From a virus (taxonomy: Duplodnaviria > Heunggongvirae > Uroviricota > Caudoviricetes), in the IMG/VR virus record IMGVR_UViG_3300003973_000001, positions 64,001 through 127,323 of that record: a DNA stretch of 63,323 nt; one strand, 5' to 3'. The translations under genes and the position numbers were made by a program. The first letter of the stretch is position 1, and every line of letters begins with the position of its first letter. The notes below the pieces were generated by a model. It saw only the letters and a list, made by a program, of their open reading frames with translations, searched no databases and was not told where the DNA came from. Shown here piece by piece: positions 47,901 to 56,172 of the stretch.

Positions 47901-48210
47901 GTTCTTAGGACATATTGAATCGAAAGATGAATCAATGCCACCTAATATCATGTTTATCACCGAAGTTACGAAGACTAAGACTTATATTCGTGCTAAAGCT
48001 CAGCAGTTCCATACTGGAGAGTCTAGAGAGTTTAAGATTGGTACAAGAACATATGCTTATGTACCATTCGAAGAAAAAGATGTAATTCAAATCATTAATG
48101 CACAAGTTAAACCAAAAAAGAAGAAAATCAACGGAGTGTGGGCAGACAGCAACGAGAAAGAGCTATGGCTTAAAGACGTTAAGTTTGTTCGCAAGGGAGG
48201 AAATGAATAA
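44965..48210 (+). CDS. dnaE: DNA polymerase III alpha subunit (family C)
   Basis: PHP HLHDH; GRGSVSGS; FERF; ADVDSD; KLDILGL; YQEQLM; FSVNHS. Confidence 0.95.
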   Translation: MYDTLTAVEKTYTPIHLHDHHSNINMVEVVTKFEQYVERAIELGLPTIVCTNHGVLTGWYNRKKLLESKNMKYVHAVEAYVTWDLENKARDNFHLSLFAKNFEGFKELNKLVSNSFNRSDNHFYYNPRIAWKDIKNTSDNILVSTACLGSFIWKLKDDDEKYAEILQWIDSNKHRVFLEVQPHRHLEQAKLNRHLINLARNNGWRIIAGGDVHALNKEHDEARKILQKSKRVEFADEDSFDLTLKSYDEIFEQFQAQGVLTGDEIAEALNNTNVLLDMVEPFKLDYSKKYPKLHANPDRVLQEKIAEGIKFRGIDKIPHHEKLVYAQRIQHELDTYRANEAENYLLLEDMVKTYARENDIAYGYGRGSVSGSIIAYLMQITEMNSIKRGLNFERFMNKERISLADVDSDYDPQKRYMIQDFLMNHPELYCAPIMTSNTIAMKGAIRDIGRGLGMPLNEVDDIAKGVEEAEHYYRDRYPELFKYVDIVLGTITSIGQHACGICVSPIPLDENMGLITTKDSPYPLTMLNMKEIDDQNYVKLDILGLDTTSVISEVCRLAGIDFVTPQNLDSEDEKVWNSILDSNVGIFQWESDFSHQIYKDLFSKETIAKIKAQNPNFSYIDLFSLGNAILRPSGASYRESVCQGEFYDNGHPALNEFLASTLGRLVYQEQLMEFLVKFCGYTMGQADLVRRGIGKKIKTIIDTEVPKIEAKFIETMTRDYGLSYEEAERIAKPFMQVFLDSADYGFSVNHSDAYSWMGYAMAWLRYYYPIEFLTASLNVNIGKEDKTNKLVEYAKDKGIKLDGIKFRYSRDGYMFNKETNSIYQGVEPIKFLNAQVAEGLYELRNKEYKCFTDLLVDIKDGMVLHCNSSSQVIDVKDLLKIYEPKELQRMVKAEEVVTVGSNEVQINSRQMAILISLNYFSEFGQNKKLLQLFEFFEKTYKKTLTLKSKAERYAKVLQREQELEDDKLSLVEQYERELEFLGHIESKDESMPPNIMFITEVTKTKTYIRAKAQQFHTGESREFKIGTRTYAYVPFEEKDVIQIINAQVKPKKKKINGVWADSNEKELWLKDVKFVRKGGNE

Positions 48211-48575
48211 TGACTAAGACAACTATCAAAACAATTGAGAACAACGTAACATTTATCAAAAAAGGTGACAAGGTTAAGAAGAATGGAGATATGTTCGTAA
48301 TCTCATCAATGGGTAAACAGAATCCAAGTAGCGCTTTTGAAGGAAGAAATATTGTGAGAAACGAAGCAATTAACGGTGCATTATTTGGAGTAGATTCAAC
48401 GCCAATGCATCCACCAGTATATGCAAGTCAAGCAATTGAAGTATATGCATTAGTGAGTATCACTACTGGGGAAAGATATTACCCTAACCCTTGTTCTTTA
48501 GATGAGCTTGTCCATAAGATTTCAAAAGATGGCTTTAAAAAAGTAAATGAAGTAGAGATTATTGAAAAATCCTAA
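48210..48575 (+). CDS. Hypothetical protein
   Basis: TAATG coupling. Confidence 0.65.
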   Translation: MTKTTIKTIENNVTFIKKGDKVKKNGDMFVISSMGKQNPSSAFEGRNIVRNEAINGALFGVDSTPMHPPVYASQAIEVYALVSITTGERYYPNPCSLDELVHKISKDGFKKVNEVEIIEKS

Positions 48576-48800
48576 AACAAAAGTATTGCAGAGGTGAATG
48601 AAAGATGAGTCCAACATCATTAGTAATATTATCATTTGGAATTACATGCATTTCACCGTTCGTGGGAATAGCAATTGGAGCAATGTTAGATTCCGATGGG
48701 ATAGAAATGGCATTGCTCGCCTTTCTTACAACGATACTAGGGTTCTTTATCACAATAGGAATAATAGCAGTTAACTACTAAAACATAAAACAAGAGGAGA

Positions 48801-49376
48801 ATGACAATTATGAAAAAGGTTTATATTGCAGGAGATATGTTAACGAAGGGTTCACAAATGTTACGAGCGCAGGAGCGTGAGCAAATCAAGGATATTGGAT
48901 TACCTTTCTACAATCCAATGGACAACAAAGAAATCAATGACAAAGCTAATCTAGATAACAATGAAGGTCTTGCTGAGAAGATTGTTCGTCTAGATACGGA
49001 TGCAATCAAAGAGAGTGATGTAATCATTATCGAACCGCAACCATTCGCTATGGGTACAATGACTGAACTTGGTCAAATCAAAGGTATGAAAGATATGGCT
49101 AAGATGATTCTTGGATTAGCAGAAGAGGGTAATAATCCTTTAGTTATGTTAGGAGAAATCCTTCAATTAGCAGAGAAGGTTAATAGCCAAAAAGTTCTAC
49201 CACACTTTGAAGATATTCGTAGATTTGCAGGTGTAACTGAATCTGGAGACCGTAGAAGTCTTGGAATCAATCAATATGTGTACGGTGTCTGCTTAGATTT
49301 AACAGATGGCAGAGGGTTTTATGAATGGGATGAAATCCTAGAAGAATTACAAAAAATCAAAAACGAAGAGTTTTAA
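48801..49376 (+). CDS. Nucleoside 2-deoxyribosyltransferase-family protein
   Basis: VYIAG, FYNP, D..AI.ESDVII, GTMTELG. Confidence 0.8.
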   Translation: MTIMKKVYIAGDMLTKGSQMLRAQEREQIKDIGLPFYNPMDNKEINDKANLDNNEGLAEKIVRLDTDAIKESDVIIIEPQPFAMGTMTELGQIKGMKDMAKMILGLAEEGNNPLVMLGEILQLAEKVNSQKVLPHFEDIRRFAGVTESGDRRSLGINQYVYGVCLDLTDGRGFYEWDEILEELQKIKNEEF

Positions 49377-49398
49377 TAGAAGAGGAGACTAGATAATT

Positions 49399-50160
49399 AT
49401 GGTAACTACAACTAAAAAGACAACTACAGCTAAAAAAGCAACAGTAGCTAAGAATGAAGCTAAGGCTAAGGATATTGTTAAAGCAATTAATGAAGCTCCA
49501 GTGGAAACTAAGCCTACTGGAACAAAGATTGATTTAGGTGGAAAGATTACAACTGATGACCTTAAGGATAAAGTGGATATAAAAGTCAGAGCAGGATTAG
49601 AAATTGGCGGAGGTAGCATTACTACTGGCACAATCAAGGCTACTAGTATTAAAATTCGTGGTTTTGAAGTAGCAAAAGGATTCGAAGACAAAGGAATTAA
49701 CCTTCCAGAACGTCAAACAGCTAACTCAGCAGGATATGATTTTGAAGCATCTGAAGATGTTATAATCGAGCCTCTATGGAAGAGCTTATGGAAACTATTT
49801 CGTAAGAACGCATATGGTCAAGATATGAATGAGAAGATTTTGAAACCAACTCTTGTTCCAACTGGAGTTAAGTCTTATATGACATTAAATGAGTCACTAG
49901 ATTTATATAATCGCTCAAGCAATCCATTAAAACGATTCTTACTGCTAGGTAATGGCGTAGGGCTAATCGATTCGGATTACTACAACAATCCAGATAATGA
50001 TGGTCATATAATGTTCCAATTCATTAACTTCGGGTTCTTCTCTCAAACGATTAAGAAGGGTGAAAGAATTGGTCAAGGCGTATTCCGTCCATTCCTTAAA
50101 GCTGATGGAGACAATGCTACTGGTACACGTACTGGCGGTCATGGTTCTACAAAGAACTAA
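49399..50160 (+). CDS. dut: Trimeric dUTPase with Lys/Thr-rich N-terminal extension
   Basis: SAGYD, NRSS, GLIDSDY, GERIGQG, RTGGHGST. Confidence 0.95.
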   Translation: MVTTTKKTTTAKKATVAKNEAKAKDIVKAINEAPVETKPTGTKIDLGGKITTDDLKDKVDIKVRAGLEIGGGSITTGTIKATSIKIRGFEVAKGFEDKGINLPERQTANSAGYDFEASEDVIIEPLWKSLWKLFRKNAYGQDMNEKILKPTLVPTGVKSYMTLNESLDLYNRSSNPLKRFLLLGNGVGLIDSDYYNNPDNDGHIMFQFINFGFFSQTIKKGERIGQGVFRPFLKADGDNATGTRTGGHGSTKN

Positions 50161-50168
50161 TTGAAAGA

Positions 50169-50202
50169 GGGGAGATTTTTTCTCCCTAAACTTTCTTTTT
50201 TT
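50169..50202 (+). terminator. Hairpin, probable terminator
   Basis: GGGAGA/TCTCCC stem followed by U-rich tract. Confidence 0.5.
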
Positions 50203-50262
50203 ATTGACCTCTAGTGTGACGGTGTGTTACTATATAATTAACGAAAGGGAGATGATGAACAA

Positions 50263-50856
50263 ATGAAGCGTTGGTATGAATATAGATTAAGAGGATTTAG
50301 CCTTGGATGTCAGCCAAAGGGTTTCGTAGACGTTGATAATGCATATGGTAAATGGGGAGCAGTTGCTTATAATCGTGAGCTAACGGATGAAGAAATGAAT
50401 GAATATGAGTTAAACAAGATTGAGCTGAATGTGACAGATGAGTTGAAAGAGAAGTATCCATTGCACATAATTGAGTTCGTTAGACAGCGTTGCGGTCTAG
50501 AGTCAGATGATACGTCAATGGATGGACAGATTTTAAATATGACAGCATCACAAGTGTTTAAAGATGTTTTAAATTGGAATGGCTTATTGGGTGGATACGA
50601 CGAAACGATTAAAGGGTGGATAAATAGTATCTACGGTGTAGACTTAGATAAGGAGAGGCAAGGAATGATTGAATTGCCAAGTAAATCAGATGATATGGGA
50701 AAAGTGGTTGCAACAATGACTACTAAATCAGAATATGGCGAGGTGACTCGTAACATATACGATAGCCAAGCCTTTCGCAAACCTTTAGAAGAAGGAACGA
50801 GTGAAAGTTATATAGCAGGAATTCATGTTACAACGACTATAAAATTTGTTGATTAG
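50263..50856 (+). CDS. Protein with N-terminal DarA C-terminal-like domain
   Basis: YEYRLRGFSLGCQPKGF...WGAVAYNRELTDEEMNEYEL. Confidence 0.6.
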   Translation: MKRWYEYRLRGFSLGCQPKGFVDVDNAYGKWGAVAYNRELTDEEMNEYELNKIELNVTDELKEKYPLHIIEFVRQRCGLESDDTSMDGQILNMTASQVFKDVLNWNGLLGGYDETIKGWINSIYGVDLDKERQGMIELPSKSDDMGKVVATMTTKSEYGEVTRNIYDSQAFRKPLEEGTSESYIAGIHVTTTIKFVD

Positions 50857-50858
50857 GA

Positions 50859-51107
50859 GTGAATACAATGAATGAAATGAATACAATGAATCCATTAAAG
50901 AAGCTTGCAAAGGAAGCTGTATGGTATCAAGACGAACTCGACAAGGAAACTCTTCGAGGTTGGGAACGTGAATCCGTAAAAGAACAATATGATAAGCACT
51001 TTATGAAAGTAATCAAAGGCGGATACAGCGTGGACTTATTCATTCAGTACATGGAAGAGTATAGAAATGTTTCTGTTGCTGATTATAAAGATTGGATTAA
51101 TAGTTAG
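50859..51107 (+). CDS. Hypothetical protein
   Basis: Coupled ORF. Confidence 0.6.
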   Translation: MNTMNEMNTMNPLKKLAKEAVWYQDELDKETLRGWERESVKEQYDKHFMKVIKGGYSVDLFIQYMEEYRNVSVADYKDWINS

Positions 51108-51151
51108 TACATACATTATAAAAGCGCTGTTTTATTAGGAGGTGGTAGACT

Positions 51152-51409
51152 TTGGAATCTACAAAAATAGTACAAGACCATAAGAAGAAATCTGACATAG
51201 TAAGAACATTAAAGAAGAAACTTAAAAACAGAATCGCTATTTCAAAGCTTGAAGAGATGTTGGCTCATGAAAAGCGTAATGATGTAGACCCAAATCATTA
51301 TACTGGAATTTATGAGTTTGATGATGAAGGGTACGGGAAAGCTGTTGCAAAAAAGGAAGCTCGTATTGAGCTATTGGAAGATATTATAAGAAACAGAAGG
51401 ATGGGATAA
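51152..51409 (+). CDS. Hypothetical protein
   Basis: TTG after GGAGG. Confidence 0.6.
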   Translation: MESTKIVQDHKKKSDIVRTLKKKLKNRIAISKLEEMLAHEKRNDVDPNHYTGIYEFDDEGYGKAVAKKEARIELLEDIIRNRRMG

Positions 51410-51410
51410 T

Positions 51411-51626
51411 ATGGGGGCTTTAGAAATCACTATGACAATTAAATGTGGGGAATGTATTACGCATAGTAACTATTCATTGAAGCGTGATGATATGGATAAT
51501 ATATTGCAATTGGCAGACACAATTAATGAGCATCATATGGGGCGCTTTGAAGCTATACAAACGTATCCAGATGCTATTCAAATTACATGTACTCAATGTG
51601 GTCATGAAGACGAGCTAAGTCTTTAA
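51411..51626 (+). CDS. Small Zn-ribbon protein
   Basis: CxxC...CxxC. Confidence 0.65.
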   Translation: MGALEITMTIKCGECITHSNYSLKRDDMDNILQLADTINEHHMGRFEAIQTYPDAIQITCTQCGHEDELSL

Positions 51627-51649
51627 TTATAAATAGGAGGATGAGTTAA

Positions 51650-51898
51650 ATGGGAATGCGTAAATGTGATTCATGTAACGGTTGGTATAATCAGCAGGAT
51701 AAAGAGAAGCACTGTTGGACATGTCAAGAACTTAAGAAGGATAAGCCAGAAATGGTACATTTAGTTTATGAAGAGGAAAGCATTGGACATGCAAAAGTAG
51801 TCTTTGTTAGAAGGAATGAAGTTGATGCAAAGGCTGATGTTGATTTTCGAGTAAAGCAAAATATTAAATCTTGGTATGAAACGCATTTCTTGCGATAG
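51650..51898 (+). CDS. Small Zn-finger protein
   Basis: CDSC...CWTC. Confidence 0.65.
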   Translation: MGMRKCDSCNGWYNQQDKEKHCWTCQELKKDKPEMVHLVYEEESIGHAKVVFVRRNEVDAKADVDFRVKQNIKSWYETHFLR

Positions 51899-51908
51899 GA
51901 GGGCTTAT

Positions 51909-52100
51909 ATGCCAGTGCCATTCAGTAATATGGAAGACATTATATATTGTCATAATGAAGAGTTAGCAAATGAAGTATTCGAGTTTCTCAGACAAAGGGG
52001 TTATCCAGTTGGTCTATCTGTTTCTATGATAAATACCGGTACACATGGAGAACAAGTCGTGAAACGATTAGATGTATATAAGAAGAAAGATAGTGAATAA
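51909..52100 (+). CDS. Hypothetical protein
   Basis: GGAGGG RBS. Confidence 0.55.
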   Translation: MPVPFSNMEDIIYCHNEELANEVFEFLRQRGYPVGLSVSMINTGTHGEQVVKRLDVYKKKDSE

Positions 52101-52125
52101 GGATTGTATTTGACTTAAAGAAAGG

Positions 52126-52329
52126 ATGAGCAATATGTGTAAAGTCATTATTGAACTAATCAATGGAGATTCTTATGAAAATGACCCATCATTAGGCATG
52201 AACTTAGAAAATATAGATGAAATTAAAGATTGTCTAAATGAGTCTGGGAAATATGAATTGATTACAAAAGAGAAAAAATGGGTTACCTTAAGACCAAGAG
52301 ATATAAAAGATATTAAAATGGTTAAATAA
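52126..52329 (+). CDS. Hypothetical protein
   Basis: ORF with RBS. Confidence 0.55.
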   Translation: MSNMCKVIIELINGDSYENDPSLGMNLENIDEIKDCLNESGKYELITKEKKWVTLRPRDIKDIKMVK

Positions 52330-52658
52330 AGTCTGATTGTCTTTAAATAGAAAGGATGTAACAATATGGAAGAGCCGAAGCAAGAGAAGTTCTGGTGGGA
52401 AGATACTCTATATGATGCAGATGAGAACTGCGAACATGACACAAAGCCTGTAAGTGGCGGTGGCGTTAAATGTATGAAATGTAATGGTTGGTTTTGTTTT
52501 TAACATTTGACTAGGGGGATTTTCATATGGATGATAAAATGAAGAAGACAATCATAACAAAGCTTAGAAACGGAAATCAGTTAGTTCCAATAGAAAGAAC
52601 TGAGCTTATTAATTTACTAAAGGGAAAAGACTAAACCAGAGAAAGAGGTTACTAGAAA

Positions 52659-52967
52659 ATGGAGCTAAAAATCAATCCATTAATCAAGGAATATATTGAA
52701 TCAATGAATTTTGAGCAAGTAGAAGGCTCTTCGTTAACAGTTAAACAACTTGAGAATCTAGAGTCTAAAAGAGGGTTTGTATGCTCAACAGGTTCAGTAA
52801 CAGACTTATGGATTCACCGTCAATTAGCAGTGATAGATGTTTTGGGGATTCCAACAGTAATGGAAAGCGCAAGAGGAGAATATGTGATTATGGATTCATT
52901 TGGTCTTACACTATGGGTAGACAAAGCAGAGGGAACTCTAGAATATATCCAAGGATTTATCGAATAG
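52659..52967 (+). CDS. Hypothetical protein
   Basis: GAGG RBS. Confidence 0.65.
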   Translation: MELKINPLIKEYIESMNFEQVEGSSLTVKQLENLESKRGFVCSTGSVTDLWIHRQLAVIDVLGIPTVMESARGEYVIMDSFGLTLWVDKAEGTLEYIQGFIE

Positions 52968-53033
52968 GAGAGATGGTTAACACTGTCTCTCTGTATAATC
53001 GAATAAATAAATCATCTTAAGCAAAATTATTGC

Positions 53034-53063
53034 TTGACGTAACATACGAACGGATGTTACTAT
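53034..53063 (+). promoter_or_regulatory. sigmaA promoter with a LexA-like box in the spacer and motif A upstream
   Basis: TTGACG-18-TACTAT; CGAACGGATGTTAC 53047-53060. Confidence 0.65.
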
Positions 53064-53119
53064 AAAGAAGTCGTAAAGACGAAGATTTGCAACACATACA
53101 TAATGGGGGAATTTACACG

Positions 53120-53356
53120 ATGAAAACAGTTGAATTAAACAAAGCAGAAGCAATTATGATTACACAGTCATTATTAAATACATTGAAGAAAACTTCACCA
53201 CACAAAATCAAAGAATATATTAGCATAGAGCAGTTCCAACAGTTCCAAGATGCTATGGTTGAGCAGATTCCACAACTTGGCACTGAAAAAGAGCAAGACG
53301 TAGTAATGAAGCAATTATTCAACAACATGTTTGATGCTATCGGTATTTCCAGATAG
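53120..53356 (+). CDS. Hypothetical protein
   Basis: GGGGGA RBS. Confidence 0.65.
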   Translation: MKTVELNKAEAIMITQSLLNTLKKTSPHKIKEYISIEQFQQFQDAMVEQIPQLGTEKEQDVVMKQLFNNMFDAIGISR

Positions 53357-53401
53357 TTTTTCAACTGCACTTAAGCAAAAGTATTGCAAAGGAGGAAATT
53401 T

Positions 53402-55648
53402 ATGACAACAATTAAAGGTATTGCCACATTTAAAAGAGCTATATTTTCAAAAGGCGACTTCGTTATTGGAGCATTTGAGCCAGTGTCAATAGAGGAAGGC
53501 AAGGTGGAAGTTAATGCATCATTTGGCACTTTCTCAATGAAAGGTGAAATGCCTGCCATGCAGAAAGATGCTGAGTATCACTTTATTGCTGAAGAGGGGC
53601 AGAGACATCCTCAGTATGGTATGTCTTACGACTGTTGCTTCATTAGACAGGATGTTAATCTTGAAAGTGGAGACAGTAAAGATATTAGAAGCTTCCTAGA
53701 AGTAATACTAACGAAGAGACAAGTAGATTCGCTGTATGAGGTATTTGAGAATCCACTTGAGGTAATCAAGGAGAACGACCCAGAAAAGCTTACACAGGCA
53801 AATGGGATAGGTTTAAAGACAGCTAATCGCATTCTTAAACATTATGATTCTCAAAAGGACTATACAGTAGCCTATGTGGAGCTTGGTAAGTTTGGAATCA
53901 CACCGAACACTATCCGTAAAATCGTTGGCTTCTATGGCAGTCCAGAGTTAGCAGTTCAGAAGATTAATAACAATCCATATGAACTTATGAAGATTGATGG
54001 TTACGGATTCAAGACATGTGATGAGATATTCTTTAAAATGGGCGGAGACCCTAACGATAAGATTCGTATTAAATCATTCCTGCTATTTGCATTACAAGAG
54101 GAAGCAGGGAAAGGTCATACATGGTCTGCTCCTTCAGATTTAATTCATACAGCATTAGAGTTTATCCCAACTGCAGACCAAACTTTAATTGGTCGTATCC
54201 TATTAGATAATGAAGATGATGAGTTTTATCTAACACAAGATAAGAAGCGTATCTCATTAAAGCCATTCCAAATGTTAGAGGAGCTTGTAGCAGGACAATT
54301 ATATCGCGTTCTTACAGCCAATAACACATTCGAATATGACGGATGGGAAGATGAAGTTGCCAAGGCTGAAGAAGAACAGGGTTGGAACTTTACAGACCAA
54401 CAGAAGGAAGCAATGCAGATGATGTTAGAGAATAACGTTTCTATCTTACAGGGTTATGGCGGTACAGGTAAAACAACAAGCTTGAAAGCTGTTGCAGATA
54501 TCTTAGAAATGGTTGGATACATTTATGCACAATGCGCTCTAAGTGGTAAAGCATCAAATAACTTGGCTTTGGTAACAGGTCGAGAAAGTAGCACTATTCA
54601 TAGATTATTAGGATTCGATGTTGGTAGTGGCGGATTCCATTACAATCATAAGAATCCATTACCATATGACATTATTATTGTCGATGAGGTGTCTATGGTG
54701 GACGCTCGACTATTTGGTCATTTATTACTAGCAATTCGCTCTGGTGCAAAACTGATTATGCTAGGAGATAGTCAACAATTAGAATCTATTGGCATTCCAG
54801 TTATGATGCCGATGCTAGATAGTCATATGATTCCTACAATGACATTAACTCAGATTCATAGACAAGCACAAAAATCTGCTGTCGTGACGGATTCTATTGC
54901 GATTCGACAAGGTAAACAGGTTGTAAAAGAGTCTATAGGACGTATAATTCATGGGGAATTACAAGATTTAGAGTATGAGTTAGTACAATCAGATGATGAT
55001 ATCTTCCTTAATGTTGTAAGAGAGTTCCATAAACATATTCAAGTGGAAGATATTAAGGATATCCAAATCCTTTCTCAGACTCGTAATAAGGGCAAGAATT
55101 CATGCTTAGCAATCAATAAAGCATGTCAAAAGATGTATAACCCAGAATCGCCAGATAAAGATGAAATTCAAGTAGGTAAAGAAGATACTGGCTACGTATT
55201 ACGACAAGGGGATAAGGTTATCAATATCAGAAACAATTATCAAGCTGTTGATGAGCATGATATGAGCTGTCCTGTATTCAATGGTAATATCGGTATCTTA
55301 GAAGGATTCTATACAGATGACGATGGAGATAACTATATGCTTATCGACTTCGAGGGTATTGGACGATTAAAGATTTATGAAGATAAGTACAGCACAATCG
55401 AATTAGCGTACTGTATCACTGTACATAAGAGCCAAGGTTCTGCTTCTAAGATTATTATCGTAGCATTCCCATATCATTTCTTATTAAATAGTCGCCAATT
55501 AATTTATACAGCAATTACTCGTACACGAAAACACTGTGTAGTTATTGCTACTAAGAAGACTCTTGTGAAAGCAATTCAGAAAGATGATGTGTCAAATAAG
55601 CGCACATACCTTGCCGAATACCTTCATAAGCTTGACAATTCCGCTTAA
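53402..55648 (+). CDS. recD2: RecD2-like SF1B helicase
   Basis: HhH repeats, GYGGTGKT, IVDEVSM, LGDSQQL, AYCITVHKSQG. Confidence 0.95.
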   Translation: MTTIKGIATFKRAIFSKGDFVIGAFEPVSIEEGKVEVNASFGTFSMKGEMPAMQKDAEYHFIAEEGQRHPQYGMSYDCCFIRQDVNLESGDSKDIRSFLEVILTKRQVDSLYEVFENPLEVIKENDPEKLTQANGIGLKTANRILKHYDSQKDYTVAYVELGKFGITPNTIRKIVGFYGSPELAVQKINNNPYELMKIDGYGFKTCDEIFFKMGGDPNDKIRIKSFLLFALQEEAGKGHTWSAPSDLIHTALEFIPTADQTLIGRILLDNEDDEFYLTQDKKRISLKPFQMLEELVAGQLYRVLTANNTFEYDGWEDEVAKAEEEQGWNFTDQQKEAMQMMLENNVSILQGYGGTGKTTSLKAVADILEMVGYIYAQCALSGKASNNLALVTGRESSTIHRLLGFDVGSGGFHYNHKNPLPYDIIIVDEVSMVDARLFGHLLLAIRSGAKLIMLGDSQQLESIGIPVMMPMLDSHMIPTMTLTQIHRQAQKSAVVTDSIAIRQGKQVVKESIGRIIHGELQDLEYELVQSDDDIFLNVVREFHKHIQVEDIKDIQILSQTRNKGKNSCLAINKACQKMYNPESPDKDEIQVGKEDTGYVLRQGDKVINIRNNYQAVDEHDMSCPVFNGNIGILEGFYTDDDGDNYMLIDFEGIGRLKIYEDKYSTIELAYCITVHKSQGSASKIIIVAFPYHFLLNSRQLIYTAITRTRKHCVVIATKKTLVKAIQKDDVSNKRTYLAEYLHKLDNSA

Positions 55649-55770
55649 ACAAAAATATTGCACAAAATTGTTTACAAGATGTATGTATGGATGGTATAAT
55701 TGATTTTGTAGTGATGCAGAGGTGTCGCTTTCAATTATACCGTTAAACAAAAGTATTGCAGAGGTGTAAA

Positions 55771-56172
55771 ATGATAACAATAGCTTATGCGTCATTAACA
55801 AATAACGTTAAGAGTTTCGTAGAAAGACTGCAGGAAGAGCTACCAGAAGTAAAGGTAGTTAAGATTGACAAGGATACAGTTATCAATGAGAAGTTTGTTC
55901 TTATTACATATACAACTGGATTTGGTCAAGTCCCTAAAGAAGTCGTATCTATGCTCAAAAAGAATAGAGAGAACATCGTTGCTGTAGCAGGTAGTGGCAA
56001 TCGGAACTGGGGTTCAGATAACTTCTGCAGGGCAACTGATATTATATCACAGCAGTACAACGTTCCATTGCTTCATAAGTTTGAAGTAAGAGGGCTTAAG
56101 AGCGATGTGAATATTGTAGCAACAGAGATTAAGAAAGGAATGAAGCAAGATTGGCAAAATATATCGAATTAA
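55771..56172 (+). CDS. nrdI: Class Ib RNR flavodoxin NrdI
   Basis: YASLTNNVKSFV, YTTGFG, GSGNRNWG. Confidence 0.95.
   Translation: MITIAYASLTNNVKSFVERLQEELPEVKVVKIDKDTVINEKFVLITYTTGFGQVPKEVVSMLKKNRENIVAVAGSGNRNWGSDNFCRATDIISQQYNVPLLHKFEVRGLKSDVNIVATEIKKGMKQDWQNISN

Larger units (their letters stand above)
6546..50233 (+). promoter_or_regulatory. Dispersed motif B, GTGT(G/T)A-N5-TNACA(C), inside sigmaA promoter spacers
   Basis: 6558-6574, 7004-7020, 9157-9173, 14966-14982, 50214-50230; four directly follow TTGAC(T/C). Confidence 0.75.
7308..51135. repeat. Dispersed palindromic motif C, ATAAAA-N6-TTTTAT
   Basis: 7308, 13413, 14936, 23501, 27266, 27463, 37891, 51118 (some with 1 mismatch); lie between stop codon and next RBS or promoter. 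Confidence 0.7.
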
